Virus record (IMG/VR): IMGVR_UViG_3300042885_000276
Coordinates: 1 to 61,870 of that record
Length of the DNA: 61,870 nucleotides
Origin: a virus
Taxonomy: Duplodnaviria; Caudoviricetes
Reading direction: 5' to 3' (one strand)
In this document: positions 48,101 through 56,171 of the stretch, in pieces
How positions within the stretch are numbered: position 1 is the first letter of the stretch
Layout of the letters: each line of letters starts with the position of its first letter
The notes under the pieces: model-generated
Database searches by the model: none
What the model was told of the DNA's origin: nothing
Seen by the model: only the letters and a program-made list of their open reading frames with translations
Position numbers and translations under genes: made by a program

Positions 48101-51100
48101 CTTTGCTACAAGCGGCAAAGAAGCGCGGAGTCAAGCCTTCTCAAAAAACCGCATTGGCAGACTTAGTTGCCAGTATCAAATCTCTGCTCAAGAGGAATAT
48201 AAAAGGTGAAGATTTAAAAGCTGACGAAGCTCCATTGGGTCAATTGCTGGCGAGGACATATCTCGACAACCTCACGGCAACTGAAGCTAAGTTGTTTACT
48301 GAAAGCTGGAATGATGGACGTAAAAAGGTTCGTGCTATGCTTACAGAGATGGGTGTTGAAGGCACTCAACTTGAGGCTGAACTGAATGCCATCATGCCAG
48401 CAACTCCAACGATTGCATACAATCCATCGGCAGTTCGCAAAGCAATCACACGCGCATTGCGTGAAGCCGGTCTTGATGCCAATGACCTTTTGGCTAACAC
48501 GCAGTCAGTTAAATCCGAAATTCTCAAAGTTTGGGATAATGCCGCTGTTGATGCTGGCTTAACACCTTCTGTTTGGCAAGAAGGGCGCAAACTTGCTGAG
48601 AAGTCTATTGATGAGTTTGTTATTGAGCGCAAGGCATCCAAGGAAAAGGCAAAGAAAATTGCCAAAGTGGTATCTGAGCAGGCTAACAATCCAGTTTCAC
48701 TAGCTGATTTCAGCAACTCACTGTCTCAATACAAACTCAATGATGGCAAGGTTAAAGAGCTTTTCGACAAAGCTAAAGTTCTTGCGAATAAGAAGGTTCA
48801 AATTGCCTACGACATGGCTGTTCGAGTCCTTCTTGTATCAGAGAATAATCTAGCTCAAAGCGCATTCTTTAATTCCGCCACCAAGCCAGACACCATCGTT
48901 AAGGCTTTCCGTCAGCAAGTGAGTGATCCAATGAGTCGTCAGGATTTCAAGGATCGCATGGAAGCAATGAAAGTCAGTGGAGAATTGGCCGATAGGCTTT
49001 TCGACAGGGCTGCTCGTGAAAAAGACAATGCACAGTGGAAGCGTGCTCAAGACATGCTTGAAGGGCCAAATGCTCTGCGTAACATTCTTCGCGAGATCAA
49101 TCGCGCACGTCCAGGTAATCAAGCGCCATTGTCTGAGCAGATTCCTTGGCGTCAGCTTCTTTCGCAAAGCTCAAAGACAGTTGAAGAATACCGCCAGCGT
49201 ATCCTTGACGCAATCTCTGCCAACGAATCACTCAAGAACGCAACGCCAGAGCAAAAGGCACGTCTCGCAGAACTATTCACTGAAGCATGGGAAACCAAGC
49301 GTAAACGCATTCTCGACAGCATGCAGGAGCGATTGATCCGTGAGCAAGAGGCAAAAGGTAATCTCAGCAAAAAAGCTGCTAAAGCTCTTCAGGAAAATCG
49401 CATGCGTATAGTTGAGGACATCAACCTTGGCATTTTCGACAACGATGAAATCGCGAAGATCATAGCTGAGAAATTCGGCATCAAGTCCGAGTTCACTGAT
49501 GAAGAGCGCCAGAAAATTGAGTCGCTGATTGCAATCTTGCAGGATGAAAAACTCAACCGCGTAAAGCGCAACAAAGCAGCTTACGAGTTGCTGGAAACGC
49601 TCAGCGCACAGACTGGTATTTCAATTGCTAAGTTGTTGGCAAACTTCTGGGTGTCTAGCGTGCTTTCTGGGATGAACACGGTGTTCTCTATCGGCATGTC
49701 TGTCTTTAGTGGTATGGGCGAGCTCACCACTGCCCTGTCTCGCATCTTTTCTGCTGCATTCTCAAATCCAAAACAGCTTTCGTCTGAAGTTGCAGCGGCA
49801 TTTAAGACTCTGGCAAGAGTAATATCTGCCGTCCCTCGTCAAGCCAACAGAGCTTGGCAATACCTCGTCACAGGAGATCAAGCATTCCTTGATCCATCTA
49901 TGAACGATGCGCTCAAAAACATGGATTACGCATCCATCGGTAAGAATAACCAGCTTGCTGAGCAGATGGCGAAGTCTGATAAGATTCTCGAAAAGAGCAT
50001 GGGTCTTTTCATGCGAACAGTTAGCCGACTACTTACCGCTCTCGATTTGTTTAATAGTGGACTCACCAAAGAAGGCTCGCTTTCTATTGTGTTCCGCCAG
50101 CTTGATCTTGATCCTGTTAAAATCCAAATGCTTGAGAAGAAGTCTGACTTGAAGGCATATAAGGATCAGGTGATTCGAGACTATTTCAACAATGTGCAGC
50201 CAAAAACTCTCAACGAAAAAGCACTCGTTGAATCCTACGCCATGGCTGAAATGATGAAGGCTCTGGATGAAATTGGCAACGTGTCTGAAAACGCTGACCA
50301 AATGGCAATGCAGGGTGCGATGACGCTCGATCCTTCTGGCCTTGGTGGATATGGCTACCGTTTCGTTAAATCAATGATGAAGAGTGCTGAATCTGGCACC
50401 GATAAATTGTTGGAACGAAACCTTCGCAAATGGGATGAGGCAGTCGGTGTAGATGAGAAAGCGGAAGCTGGCGTGAAGTTGGTTTTGTCTTATATCTTCC
50501 AATTCGCTGCCTACAACGCTGCAAACTTGGTAGGTGTCCGATTTGCTCGCTTCGCTGGTAACAAGTTCAACCAGAGTCTTAGCTTCTTGCCTTTAATTGG
50601 CGCTTTGAGGCTGTATGAGGCCGAGTTTGATTCTGACCGCATTCGTGGCAAGGAGGCGTTCACAGATATGATCAAGCGTAACCAACTCACGGGCGTAATT
50701 GCTGCTGTGATTGGATACTATGTTCTTAAAGCTATCGCAGAAGAACCGGATGATGAGAAGCGAGGCGCATTCATCAATGGTGGTTGGAGCAACTTGACCC
50801 CAGAAAAGAAACAGCAAAAGATAGCTTCTGGACAAAAAGAATACACGCTTGGCTTTGGGGATACGGTGATCAATTATGGCAACTGGCCTGGATCTGGCAT
50901 CCTAGCAGCCATCGGTGGATTATCAGATTTGATCCGCTTCTCGCCTGACCAATGGAATGATAAGACTGTTGCCAACAAACTACTGTCTGCAACCACGTCT
51001 GGCGTGTTTTCAGCTATGGAAGTTCCAGCCCTGTCTCAGTTCCAAGAACTGTTTGGTAGTAGCTTGTCCAGCAAAGATCCGAATGAGCAAAAGCTCACAA

Positions 51101-51630
51101 AATTTGCTCGCGTCATAGGAAACTATGTGGGCGGTTTCGTTCCTCGTATCCTCAAAGATATTGATTATATATCCGATCCAAACTTCAGGAAATACGAAAC
51201 GCTGTGGGAGAAAACAGCCTCGCACATCCCTGTTTATCGTCGTTACGAAGGCAAGGAGTACTACGACATCTTGGGCCAGCAAATCCAACGCAATGTGTAT
51301 CCTGGAAGCCGCGAGTTCATGGTGAAGCCAACTGATCCAGCCTATAAGGTTCTCGGCGCTCTCAATTCCCGTGGAATCTGGCTGACTCCTGCTAATGCTG
51401 AACACCGCATGGTTGGCAAGGGCGCTCGTCGTCGCTCCCTCACGCAGGAAGAAGCTGACAACTACAGCCTTGAAACCGGCAAAGGCTATAAGCAGATGCT
51501 TCTGCGATACGGTCAGCGTGCGCTCCAGATGCCCACAGAACGCGCCAAAGCATTCTTGTTGGACAAAGCTGACGAAGTGCGCGACAGGGCGCTCAAGAAG
51601 GTCTATAGGGGCTATCAACCTGCAACGTGA
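42118..51630 (+). CDS. Giant ejection/polyvalent protein with zincin HExxH and ADP-ribosyltransferase-like (ART-PolyVal) domains
   Basis: 3170 aa; G/A-rich N-terminus; ILHENIH at ~45640; AKAAGY..VWHG..FFT..A..YG..QIKSADP..RFD at ~46440-46930. Confidence 0.8.
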   Translation: MATWHEITRDPEYQELSEQGKALVKQGFFEREISSDPEFKAFSPQTQKAVFDDFWQTPDDSGQGIVTSTLGSAARGFGEIVPGTLEGVGALTGITPISDLGESAREGLEYIAPVNPIYEQGIPAKVANVAGNVASIIGTSGVGGLAGKALGAERAAAAGSAAARQALTNQAIQAGAKSALYGTGFAQGAAAKAAENERLGITGAEGYLNLLGGGISELAPEMLPFGSALETSAARRLLGGVDDAAGRVIPGIRMSAAQEAAEGGSTQVLSNLSTQLTAPTGVEAPGLFEGAGEAALWEGVGGAMFGAINKLGRTPPERQTDIQKAFVAEDNVDAVDKVPDQTDDEKLVNMNAGGTTVVDPQGKTAVIAPPAPKTPSQVIAENLATAAENTSNDASKAVAAARAVTQQVTTTNEPITQEALPPEPEIRQDMQESRQLPLVPEQPLAQEPQAPVELPVPTVEPTVETPIQNPAEIHRNRNAESESYIVRDAEGFADRKATREVVEVAAKAAGMTVDEWAADQAAKNIKANKDFFDALNDGDTLEWIDNNGRKGTGRVEIGLDGEKTVRNTTEGSPSEDYQYTNRSGIFAQVADSLKITPKRKEAAPATEAPAPTAETLGVTAPPAPTLETPEGAARNADMLRQAQARLAGTEQGPRIGFLQPSEVAPATEAPPITPTKETPTPATEGTVMPGGSAMERDVTKPEQMTPEEHLNAWNQLNIDAQKAREKANAAKAKLLPKNPASQIRQMEKNAKLEQEAITLENLRDEFPPTPSFAIENAVKEGKPFSVDLHKASGYAYIPSGYTRQGDLYVFQPGVTGELVQVAPSAAQAVTKPATVKSTELRVGDEVSFKGNTYRVKSKLLDGRVRAEFTNPEGIAKLPAGSVNITTLPRNVNLTRIEKPSPQTTTVATPTETAAPLAKEAAVASVVQQPAEGSIPAVEQESAITPIESNEKADIADAAMAFLEEDLTESKRQWSPEKIAAAKAYFASGGKDMDVLRAAFPKLVGSRPIVQAYLKADKEASEAQAKRDAADAKLAKEIERDEKEQAKAEEAQRKREELNIKTLNSLIQKTRTNVVQGTVKPTDANQAVAILNSSGEIPNVLFTWIGTSKDFLADPANRVRYPETWKAISSNPNIEGASDNGQPIVFTDNIGVSDLDRKLANLQGTTPEVAAVRRVILHENIHKGIFFLSKKEKMQIFSLLRRMYSPEELDSLAKSYSKYSDWRTNRDNYFSLLEEAMIRDFDSMAEIPRDGIWAEFMQFLRGIWQKITGKTSEPTLKDYKDVFRLIRNSLKNSEKANADMLVNGGGVRIGIASKVEYDSPNDAAFNSGAEVARNTDYDERDKEVRSTIRAAYDIAPKTNGPSVPLDELFSIVQQSMPDLTETEFSRILQGLYEDSGALLIEGEVAPSYTSEEEARHAELEAKFNAGTITPEDTAEAQALVDERAKAAGYDGGIVWHGDRNEEFVDNYSPFTEPKIPFFTTPSKKSASWYGNPRSYYSKKSKVAGISDIFNAANALGITKDKSDPYYEFWPEIKKYSEYDGVNDNDLVYVPSIREELVKRGFTRVRVLDQLENQEITADIFIDSPSQIKSADPFTGVPLNQRFDTGNDIRGNINTFTTEGERAGSVIVMPPSGFQTRAMASMIDPKDAATKQFAKNIKDINSGTAKAAFDGVQFVDFEPVDHIVKPNKSYEKIAIDYVDGLLGEGKSIEDIATSIMTPMFFDSIGISNDVKARQALTSEVLRRVTDLNGLSNTRLASKRLQKLEDLISAFWQGLGTESGGNQGQRAFIIGSPRYSWMFLKDSVKKEMKERRNNILTVQFGNNNATSFTQNSYENADKASTMSADEIASDIEDFKIDQDLLDGEATLTGKLAKMYEELKDLLRENGILARLDAQENITAKASISPARREELAALSKDERAKLRDKNNKRIEQILNTLLGKEEDADTTEKKTVRKKREKMVDAVKKRVEQGKPIEPTDYVPIITENPQRDEIIDDVSNALLQAAKKRGVKPSQKTALADLVASIKSLLKRNIKGEDLKADEAPLGQLLARTYLDNLTATEAKLFTESWNDGRKKVRAMLTEMGVEGTQLEAELNAIMPATPTIAYNPSAVRKAITRALREAGLDANDLLANTQSVKSEILKVWDNAAVDAGLTPSVWQEGRKLAEKSIDEFVIERKASKEKAKKIAKVVSEQANNPVSLADFSNSLSQYKLNDGKVKELFDKAKVLANKKVQIAYDMAVRVLLVSENNLAQSAFFNSATKPDTIVKAFRQQVSDPMSRQDFKDRMEAMKVSGELADRLFDRAAREKDNAQWKRAQDMLEGPNALRNILREINRARPGNQAPLSEQIPWRQLLSQSSKTVEEYRQRILDAISANESLKNATPEQKARLAELFTEAWETKRKRILDSMQERLIREQEAKGNLSKKAAKALQENRMRIVEDINLGIFDNDEIAKIIAEKFGIKSEFTDEERQKIESLIAILQDEKLNRVKRNKAAYELLETLSAQTGISIAKLLANFWVSSVLSGMNTVFSIGMSVFSGMGELTTALSRIFSAAFSNPKQLSSEVAAAFKTLARVISAVPRQANRAWQYLVTGDQAFLDPSMNDALKNMDYASIGKNNQLAEQMAKSDKILEKSMGLFMRTVSRLLTALDLFNSGLTKEGSLSIVFRQLDLDPVKIQMLEKKSDLKAYKDQVIRDYFNNVQPKTLNEKALVESYAMAEMMKALDEIGNVSENADQMAMQGAMTLDPSGLGGYGYRFVKSMMKSAESGTDKLLERNLRKWDEAVGVDEKAEAGVKLVLSYIFQFAAYNAANLVGVRFARFAGNKFNQSLSFLPLIGALRLYEAEFDSDRIRGKEAFTDMIKRNQLTGVIAAVIGYYVLKAIAEEPDDEKRGAFINGGWSNLTPEKKQQKIASGQKEYTLGFGDTVINYGNWPGSGILAAIGGLSDLIRFSPDQWNDKTVANKLLSATTSGVFSAMEVPALSQFQELFGSSLSSKDPNEQKLTKFARVIGNYVGGFVPRILKDIDYISDPNFRKYETLWEKTASHIPVYRRYEGKEYYDILGQQIQRNVYPGSREFMVKPTDPAYKVLGALNSRGIWLTPANAEHRMVGKGARRRSLTQEEADNYSLETGKGYKQMLLRYGQRALQMPTERAKAFLLDKADEVRDRALKKVYRGYQPAT

Positions 51631-52271
51631 TGCAAGAACTCATTCGCAAGAACACCATCCCAAAGGAATTCAACCACGCGAAGCTGCGTGAGCTATTTCC
51701 AACGGCTATCATCACTGGCGATACATACGGCTTCTTCTACCACGTTGAAGCTACAAACACGGTATTCGTCAGATACGGCTGGCGTGATCTAGCGAAATCC
51801 GTTCAAGAGCACCTGGAGGGAAATGGCATTGAGATTCCAGCGAATCTTGGCCTTATCATGCAGGAGGCATTCTGCCAGCATCGTCCTGATTTATGCGTTG
51901 ATCGCGATCCTGACAGCGAGGCAAAGATTGGAGCATTTCAGATGATGAAGCGGTTCTACAATTCTGCCGTGAAGCCCTACCTTGCTGGACAGCTTGTGGA
52001 TCAAGAGGAGGCTAATCGAAGAGCGGCTATTTGTGCGACCTGCCCGAAGAACACGGACAAAATTGTGGAGTTCTGCGTTAGTTGCTCAACTCGTAGCCTT
52101 GTTGGGCATATCAACCAGTTCTTGACGAGTCGGCATACGCCTAGCGATCCTCTGTTGAAGAACTGCGCCGTGTGCCATTGCCTACTGCCAATGAAAATAT
52201 GGATAAGAAAAGATGATATGGACGAGCCTGAGCTTCGTGAAAAGTGGCCTGAGCACTGTTGGATGAAGTAG
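51627..52271 (+). CDS. Cys-rich hypothetical protein
   Basis: EANRRAAICATCPKN, CVSC, CAVCHC.L..K, CW. Confidence 0.75.
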   Translation: MMQELIRKNTIPKEFNHAKLRELFPTAIITGDTYGFFYHVEATNTVFVRYGWRDLAKSVQEHLEGNGIEIPANLGLIMQEAFCQHRPDLCVDRDPDSEAKIGAFQMMKRFYNSAVKPYLAGQLVDQEEANRRAAICATCPKNTDKIVEFCVSCSTRSLVGHINQFLTSRHTPSDPLLKNCAVCHCLLPMKIWIRKDDMDEPELREKWPEHCWMK

Positions 52272-52559
52272 TTAAAATTCCGCTGGAGTATTCGCTTGAT
52301 TGTCAGTCGGACAAAATTGTAGTTCATCTAGCATATCAGAAGGTTCGGCCTTCCCGTTTGCCATTGCTTCAATCCAGCGTGCAGGGTCAATGGTTGCTGT
52401 ATGCTTCCATCCAACATCCAACATCGCAGATTCAAACTGGCAGATTTCGTCAGCGGATAAGCATTTAATCACTCCGTTAAGCGCATAGACAAAAAGCATC
52501 CGGCCCAACAAGGTTTCTGATGAAACACTGACAACATCGTTCTTGGATTTGGTATTCAT
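52272..52559 (-). CDS. Cassette gene D, hypothetical
   Basis: 95 aa; starts inside attC 52503-52589. Confidence 0.7.
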   Translation of the reverse strand: MNTKSKNDVVSVSSETLLGRMLFVYALNGVIKCLSADEICQFESAMLDVGWKHTATIDPARWIEAMANGKAEPSDMLDELQFCPTDNQANTPAEF

Positions 52560-52589
52560 TCGCGGTGAGTCTACACTTGATTGTTTGGC
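52503..52589 (+). mobile_element. Degenerate attC site
   Basis: GCCCAAC-aaggt...ttgatt-GTTTGGC; L boxes eroded. Confidence 0.55.
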
Positions 52590-52858
52590 ACAAAATAAGA
52601 CACGACTTCTAGCCCGTCATCGCGCCAATCTTGAGCAATGTCTTTTTGATCGGTCACAAACTCCTCGTCTCCTACCGTGCATTTCCACTCTTTTCGCTGA
52701 GACATTAGAGATTCGATCTGTGTCGCAGCATCTGCCATTATTGCAGATATTTCATCCGCGTAAGGTGTCCATCCAGAACGAAGAAGCCGAACGAGGCGCT
52801 GCATGGAATGCCGAGGGGCATCCTGCGCGAGTCCAGGCGTTAATTGGTCGGCATCCAT
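52571..52858 (-). CDS. Cassette gene C, hypothetical
   Basis: 95 aa; N-terminal ...MQRLVR and C-terminal PNNQV are attC-encoded. Confidence 0.7.
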   Translation of the reverse strand: MDADQLTPGLAQDAPRHSMQRLVRLLRSGWTPYADEISAIMADAATQIESLMSQRKEWKCTVGDEEFVTDQKDIAQDWRDDGLEVVSYFVPNNQV

Positions 52859-52875
52859 GAGCTTATGCGTTCTCC
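52786..52875 (+). mobile_element. Canonical integron attC site
   Basis: R'' GCCGAAC-5nt-L'' GCTGCATG-gaATGCCGA..TCGGCATc-L' CATGAGC-6nt-R' GTTCTCC; two extrahelical bases on the R''/L'' arm. Confidence 0.9.
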
Positions 52876-53180
52876 GTTGGACGCATCCGGCGGTTGATCG
52901 CGTTGATTAGACGCAGGTGATTGCTTTGGGATTTATCGACAGCATATCCCAACGTGTCGATCACATGCGTCAGGTTTGCCGCAAGGCGCTGGAACTCTTT
53001 GAGCATCAGCCGGACATCTTCCACATGCACGGCTTCAACCTCGCCACCGTGAACGGGATCAATCAGCCGTTGAGTGATTTCATCCAACTTGAACGGAGAA
53101 CAAAACGATGGACGACGACACCCACCAGTCTGCTGCGGTTGAAAGGGTTTTGGCTTCGGCGTGGATTTCTTCTTGGGCAT
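52863..53180 (-). CDS. Cassette gene B, hypothetical
   Basis: 105 aa; start inside attC 53095-53226, stop inside attC 52786-52875. Confidence 0.7.
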   Translation of the reverse strand: MPKKKSTPKPKPFQPQQTGGCRRPSFCSPFKLDEITQRLIDPVHGGEVEAVHVEDVRLMLKEFQRLAANLTHVIDTLGYAVDKSQSNHLRLINAINRRMRPTENA

Positions 53181-53226
53181 AGCGTGGGGTGGTTAGTGGT
53201 GGGCGCTCGTCATCTTATCGTTCGGC
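53095..53226 (+). mobile_element. Integron attC site
   Basis: R'' GGAGAAC-5nt-L'' GATGGACG..CACCCACCA..TGGTGGGCG..L' CGTCATC-5nt-R' GTTCGGC. Confidence 0.85.
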
Positions 53227-53414
53227 AGCACAATCTTTCTCCAATGCGTTGCGTGATCATATCCACGGTCATACGCACCCTCCCAGATGTCATCGCCATC
53301 AGACCAATCTACATCGCCGTATTTGTTGGCGTCTTCTTTGGTTGGCAGGCGATCATCAACTAGAACCCATGAGAGTTCGAGTAGAATCTTTTGCAGTTCA
53401 TCAATGGTTTTCAT
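53193..53414 (-). CDS. Cassette gene A, DUF551-like small protein
   Basis: WVLVDDRLP...ATHWR; C-terminal LPNDKMT is attC-encoded. Confidence 0.7.
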   Translation of the reverse strand: MKTIDELQKILLELSWVLVDDRLPTKEDANKYGDVDWSDGDDIWEGAYDRGYDHATHWRKIVLPNDKMTSAHH

Positions 53415-53427
53415 ATTCGGTATCTAA

Positions 53428-53997
53428 CTATACGTCCGTTTTTGGTTGAGATGCAAGTGGGATTTTTCTTTTTGGTCTTTCACTCACAGGAACAGGAAAT
53501 GCTGTTTGTGTCTTATTTATAATAAATGAAAGCGTCCCTTTGCTGCTCAATCCAAACTCAATCATGGTTTTATTGAATCCATTCTCTTTATAGTATTCAA
53601 TAATTTTTACATGATCGTGTTTCATGGCATGCCTAGAAGTTGCAAATGCGTGAGCATGTCTAGCTTCAGCAGGTCGATCCATCATGTTTTGTGATGATGT
53701 TCCAGGTATGATATTATCAATGTGATTATTCAATGAGTTTCCATCTAGGTGGCGGCATACGATATTAGGCTGGTAGATTTCATCGCCAAATTTAAACCAA
53801 GCATTGAAGCGGTGAACAAGGCACTTACAACGCTTTGTTTTTGGGCCGAATGAAAACACTCGATAACCATTACTTAGTGATTGACCAACAATCGAACCGT
53901 CTGGTTTTGTGATTGTTTTGCCATCAGGTGTTATGCGGAATCCCATGTTGGCAGCTAATTCCTCATTTCTGTTTGGTGTATAGAATGGTTTTTTCAT
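53428..53997 (-). CDS. HNH endonuclease (HNH_3-type)
   Basis: LVHRF...VCRHLDGNSLNNHIDNI...SQNMMD. Confidence 0.85.
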   Translation of the reverse strand: MKKPFYTPNRNEELAANMGFRITPDGKTITKPDGSIVGQSLSNGYRVFSFGPKTKRCKCLVHRFNAWFKFGDEIYQPNIVCRHLDGNSLNNHIDNIIPGTSSQNMMDRPAEARHAHAFATSRHAMKHDHVKIIEYYKENGFNKTMIEFGLSSKGTLSFIINKTQTAFPVPVSERPKRKIPLASQPKTDV

Positions 53998-53998
53998 A

Positions 53999-55366
53999 TT
54001 ACTCATTTTCTCTTGCTGGATCAAAGCGGAAGAACCTTCCATTGAGCGTTGCCTTAACGATTTTCAGCCTCTCTCCATTTCTATTCTTCTTGATAAAAAG
54101 GTTCCTCTCGTAATTCGGCTCATCCTCTTTCTTTTTCTCCCATGCCTTTGCCTGCTTCTCAAAGGGCTTTTGGATGATTATCAAATTGTCTGAATCTTGC
54201 TCGATGGCTCGCGACTCGCGAACCTTTCCATCCTCATTAAGCTGTGACGGCATGATGATGTGAGCGCCAGTCATTTTAGCACACTGCTTTGCTGTGGCCG
54301 TGATATGGGCAACTTCTCGCTCACGGTTTCCACCATTGGTTTTAGATGTCAGGCAGAGTTGAATGTAATCAATGGAGGCCACTAATTTCTGCCCCTGCTT
54401 TAATCGCTTTGAGCGCCTAGCAATATCTCGGCAGATTTGTTCAATGGTCTTGCCAGCGACATCCACGATGGAAATCGGCCACTTGGATAGACGCATCGTT
54501 TTGACGCCAATGCTTTGATGCTCAACACGAGTCAGCATCCCATGTTTCAAATTACTAGAATCAATACCGGCTTGTGAGCAAATCAACCTTCCAGCCTCTT
54601 CTGTGTCTCGCATCTCGTAGGTGTAGATCACGCCAACATGATCCTGAAGGCATGCGGATTCCACAAATTGACGAGCAAGGCAGCTTTTACCGTCACTGGA
54701 TTCACCAGCGATAACAGTTAGTCGTCCATCTTCCAGACCACCAAGGTATTTATCGAAACCAGCAAACCCAGTGGAGATGCCTGGAATCTTGCCTGGATTG
54801 GCGCAACGCTCCTCAATTCCATTCAAAACGTCTGTTAAAAGCTCTCCAATTTGACGACATGGCAAATCTGCGCTGGAATCATCGTTTACAGCCTCACAGA
54901 CGAGCTTGGTGACGTGCTGGATGGCATCAGTAGCGGAAACACCATCGGCCTCTTGAAACGCCTGCAAATGGGCAATACCAGCAGCCATGGCACCGATCAT
55001 CTGGCGGAACGCAAATTTGTCCCGCAAGATGGTTAGGTAATACTGATAATTTGAAGCAGACGGAATCAGTGTGAAAAGCTCACTGATGAACGCAGGTCCA
55101 CCAACGATAGTCAGCTTATTCGCATTTCTGAGAGCATGAGTGAGTGAGATTTGATCAATCGGCTTACCTGCTGCGAATAGACCGATAATTGTTGTGAGGA
55201 TGATACGATTTGCCTCATGATACATGATCTCGGCATGAGGCGCTTCATCACACAGCGATGGTCGTTGAAGCAAGCATGAGAGGATCGCTTGCTCCGTATC
55301 ATCGTCATACGGAAGCTGTTTGTTGAGAGAGGCTAGAAGATCCTCGGTTGTTGGTGGTTGTGTCAT
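53999..55366 (-). CDS. dnaB: Replicative DNA helicase
   Basis: EQAILSCLL, GISTGF..FD, AGESSDGKS, IDYIQL, SQLN, RESRAIEQDSD, KNRNG. Confidence 0.95.
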   Translation of the reverse strand: MTQPPTTEDLLASLNKQLPYDDDTEQAILSCLLQRPSLCDEAPHAEIMYHEANRIILTTIIGLFAAGKPIDQISLTHALRNANKLTIVGGPAFISELFTLIPSASNYQYYLTILRDKFAFRQMIGAMAAGIAHLQAFQEADGVSATDAIQHVTKLVCEAVNDDSSADLPCRQIGELLTDVLNGIEERCANPGKIPGISTGFAGFDKYLGGLEDGRLTVIAGESSDGKSCLARQFVESACLQDHVGVIYTYEMRDTEEAGRLICSQAGIDSSNLKHGMLTRVEHQSIGVKTMRLSKWPISIVDVAGKTIEQICRDIARRSKRLKQGQKLVASIDYIQLCLTSKTNGGNREREVAHITATAKQCAKMTGAHIIMPSQLNEDGKVRESRAIEQDSDNLIIIQKPFEKQAKAWEKKKEDEPNYERNLFIKKNRNGERLKIVKATLNGRFFRFDPARENE

Positions 55367-56169
55367 TGTTGTTTCTGAGCCTCCACGATAATCTTCGGCC
55401 AATTTTGGCAAAAGTCGAAAATTGTAGATGCCCTAACAAAAGCTGGGCAAAACTTGTCTTTTGATCGCTCCCAGCACCAAGAAACAATGTGGATCAGTTC
55501 TTGGATGTCTTTATCACAGATGCGGAGGAATCCTTGAAGCTGCTTGGCATCCTTTGGCTGGAAATAGTACTTTTCACCAAATGTCTTGATGTAGCCATCT
55601 GAATAGGCGGTGATGAATGGATGGAATCTGGGGTCTGCCGGAAGTGAAGGTCTGCCACGCCTTTTGGGTATTGGCATTGAAGAATTAAGCCTCAAAACCT
55701 CTCCGGCATTTATTGCCGGTAATGGTGTATTCTCTGATGTACTCTCTGTACATATAGTAGTTTGGCTAAAACAGCCTTCCAAGTTTGGCGTTTTTGTGCA
55801 TTCCAGTATGGCGCTTTCCGCCATACTGAGGGAATTAATTTTGGCAATATATGTCAGTTTAGCCTCTAAAGCACTCAAGTTGAGACGATAATAAAGCTGC
55901 GCTGGAATCCCAATTAATTTCTCCTCCCAGCAACCTAAATCCTTGAGATTTCTCCTAGCACTCTCCTGCTCACGTCGAGAGAGACACGTCTCCTCTTCCC
56001 ACTCTGCTTGAGTTTTATAAAACCATCCACCAGGGTCTTTTGTTCGACTGCTCCAGTAAAATGCCTGACTAAGCATCACACCAGCATTGACTGATCCTGC
56101 CATTTTTGCAAAAATTCGGTGGTATGCAATTGGCCTGTCTAAAAGTTGGATAAAAAGAGATTGATTCAT
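55363..56169 (-). CDS. Replication initiator (lambda O-like) containing the origin
   Basis: HTH N-terminus (GWFYKTQAEWEEETCLSRREQESAR), iteron-bearing linker, coupled to dnaB; ATG at 56169. Confidence 0.8.
   Translation of the reverse strand: MNQSLFIQLLDRPIAYHRIFAKMAGSVNAGVMLSQAFYWSSRTKDPGGWFYKTQAEWEEETCLSRREQESARRNLKDLGCWEEKLIGIPAQLYYRLNLSALEAKLTYIAKINSLSMAESAILECTKTPNLEGCFSQTTICTESTSENTPLPAINAGEVLRLNSSMPIPKRRGRPSLPADPRFHPFITAYSDGYIKTFGEKYYFQPKDAKQLQGFLRICDKDIQELIHIVSWCWERSKDKFCPAFVRASTIFDFCQNWPKIIVEAQKQQ
55759..55863. repeat. Putative origin iterons
   Basis: AGT(T/A)TGGC at 55759, 55782, 55805 (23-bp spacing), variants at 55838 and 55856; palindrome CAGTATGGCG-N5-CGCCATACTG at 55804-55828. 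Confidence 0.65.
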
Positions 56170-56171
56170 AA

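Noticed and set aside
53422-53428. ATCTAAC as the R'' of a further attC upstream of cassette gene A
   Set aside because: Fits RYYYAAC but has no L boxes or partner R'; it abuts the HNH stop codon
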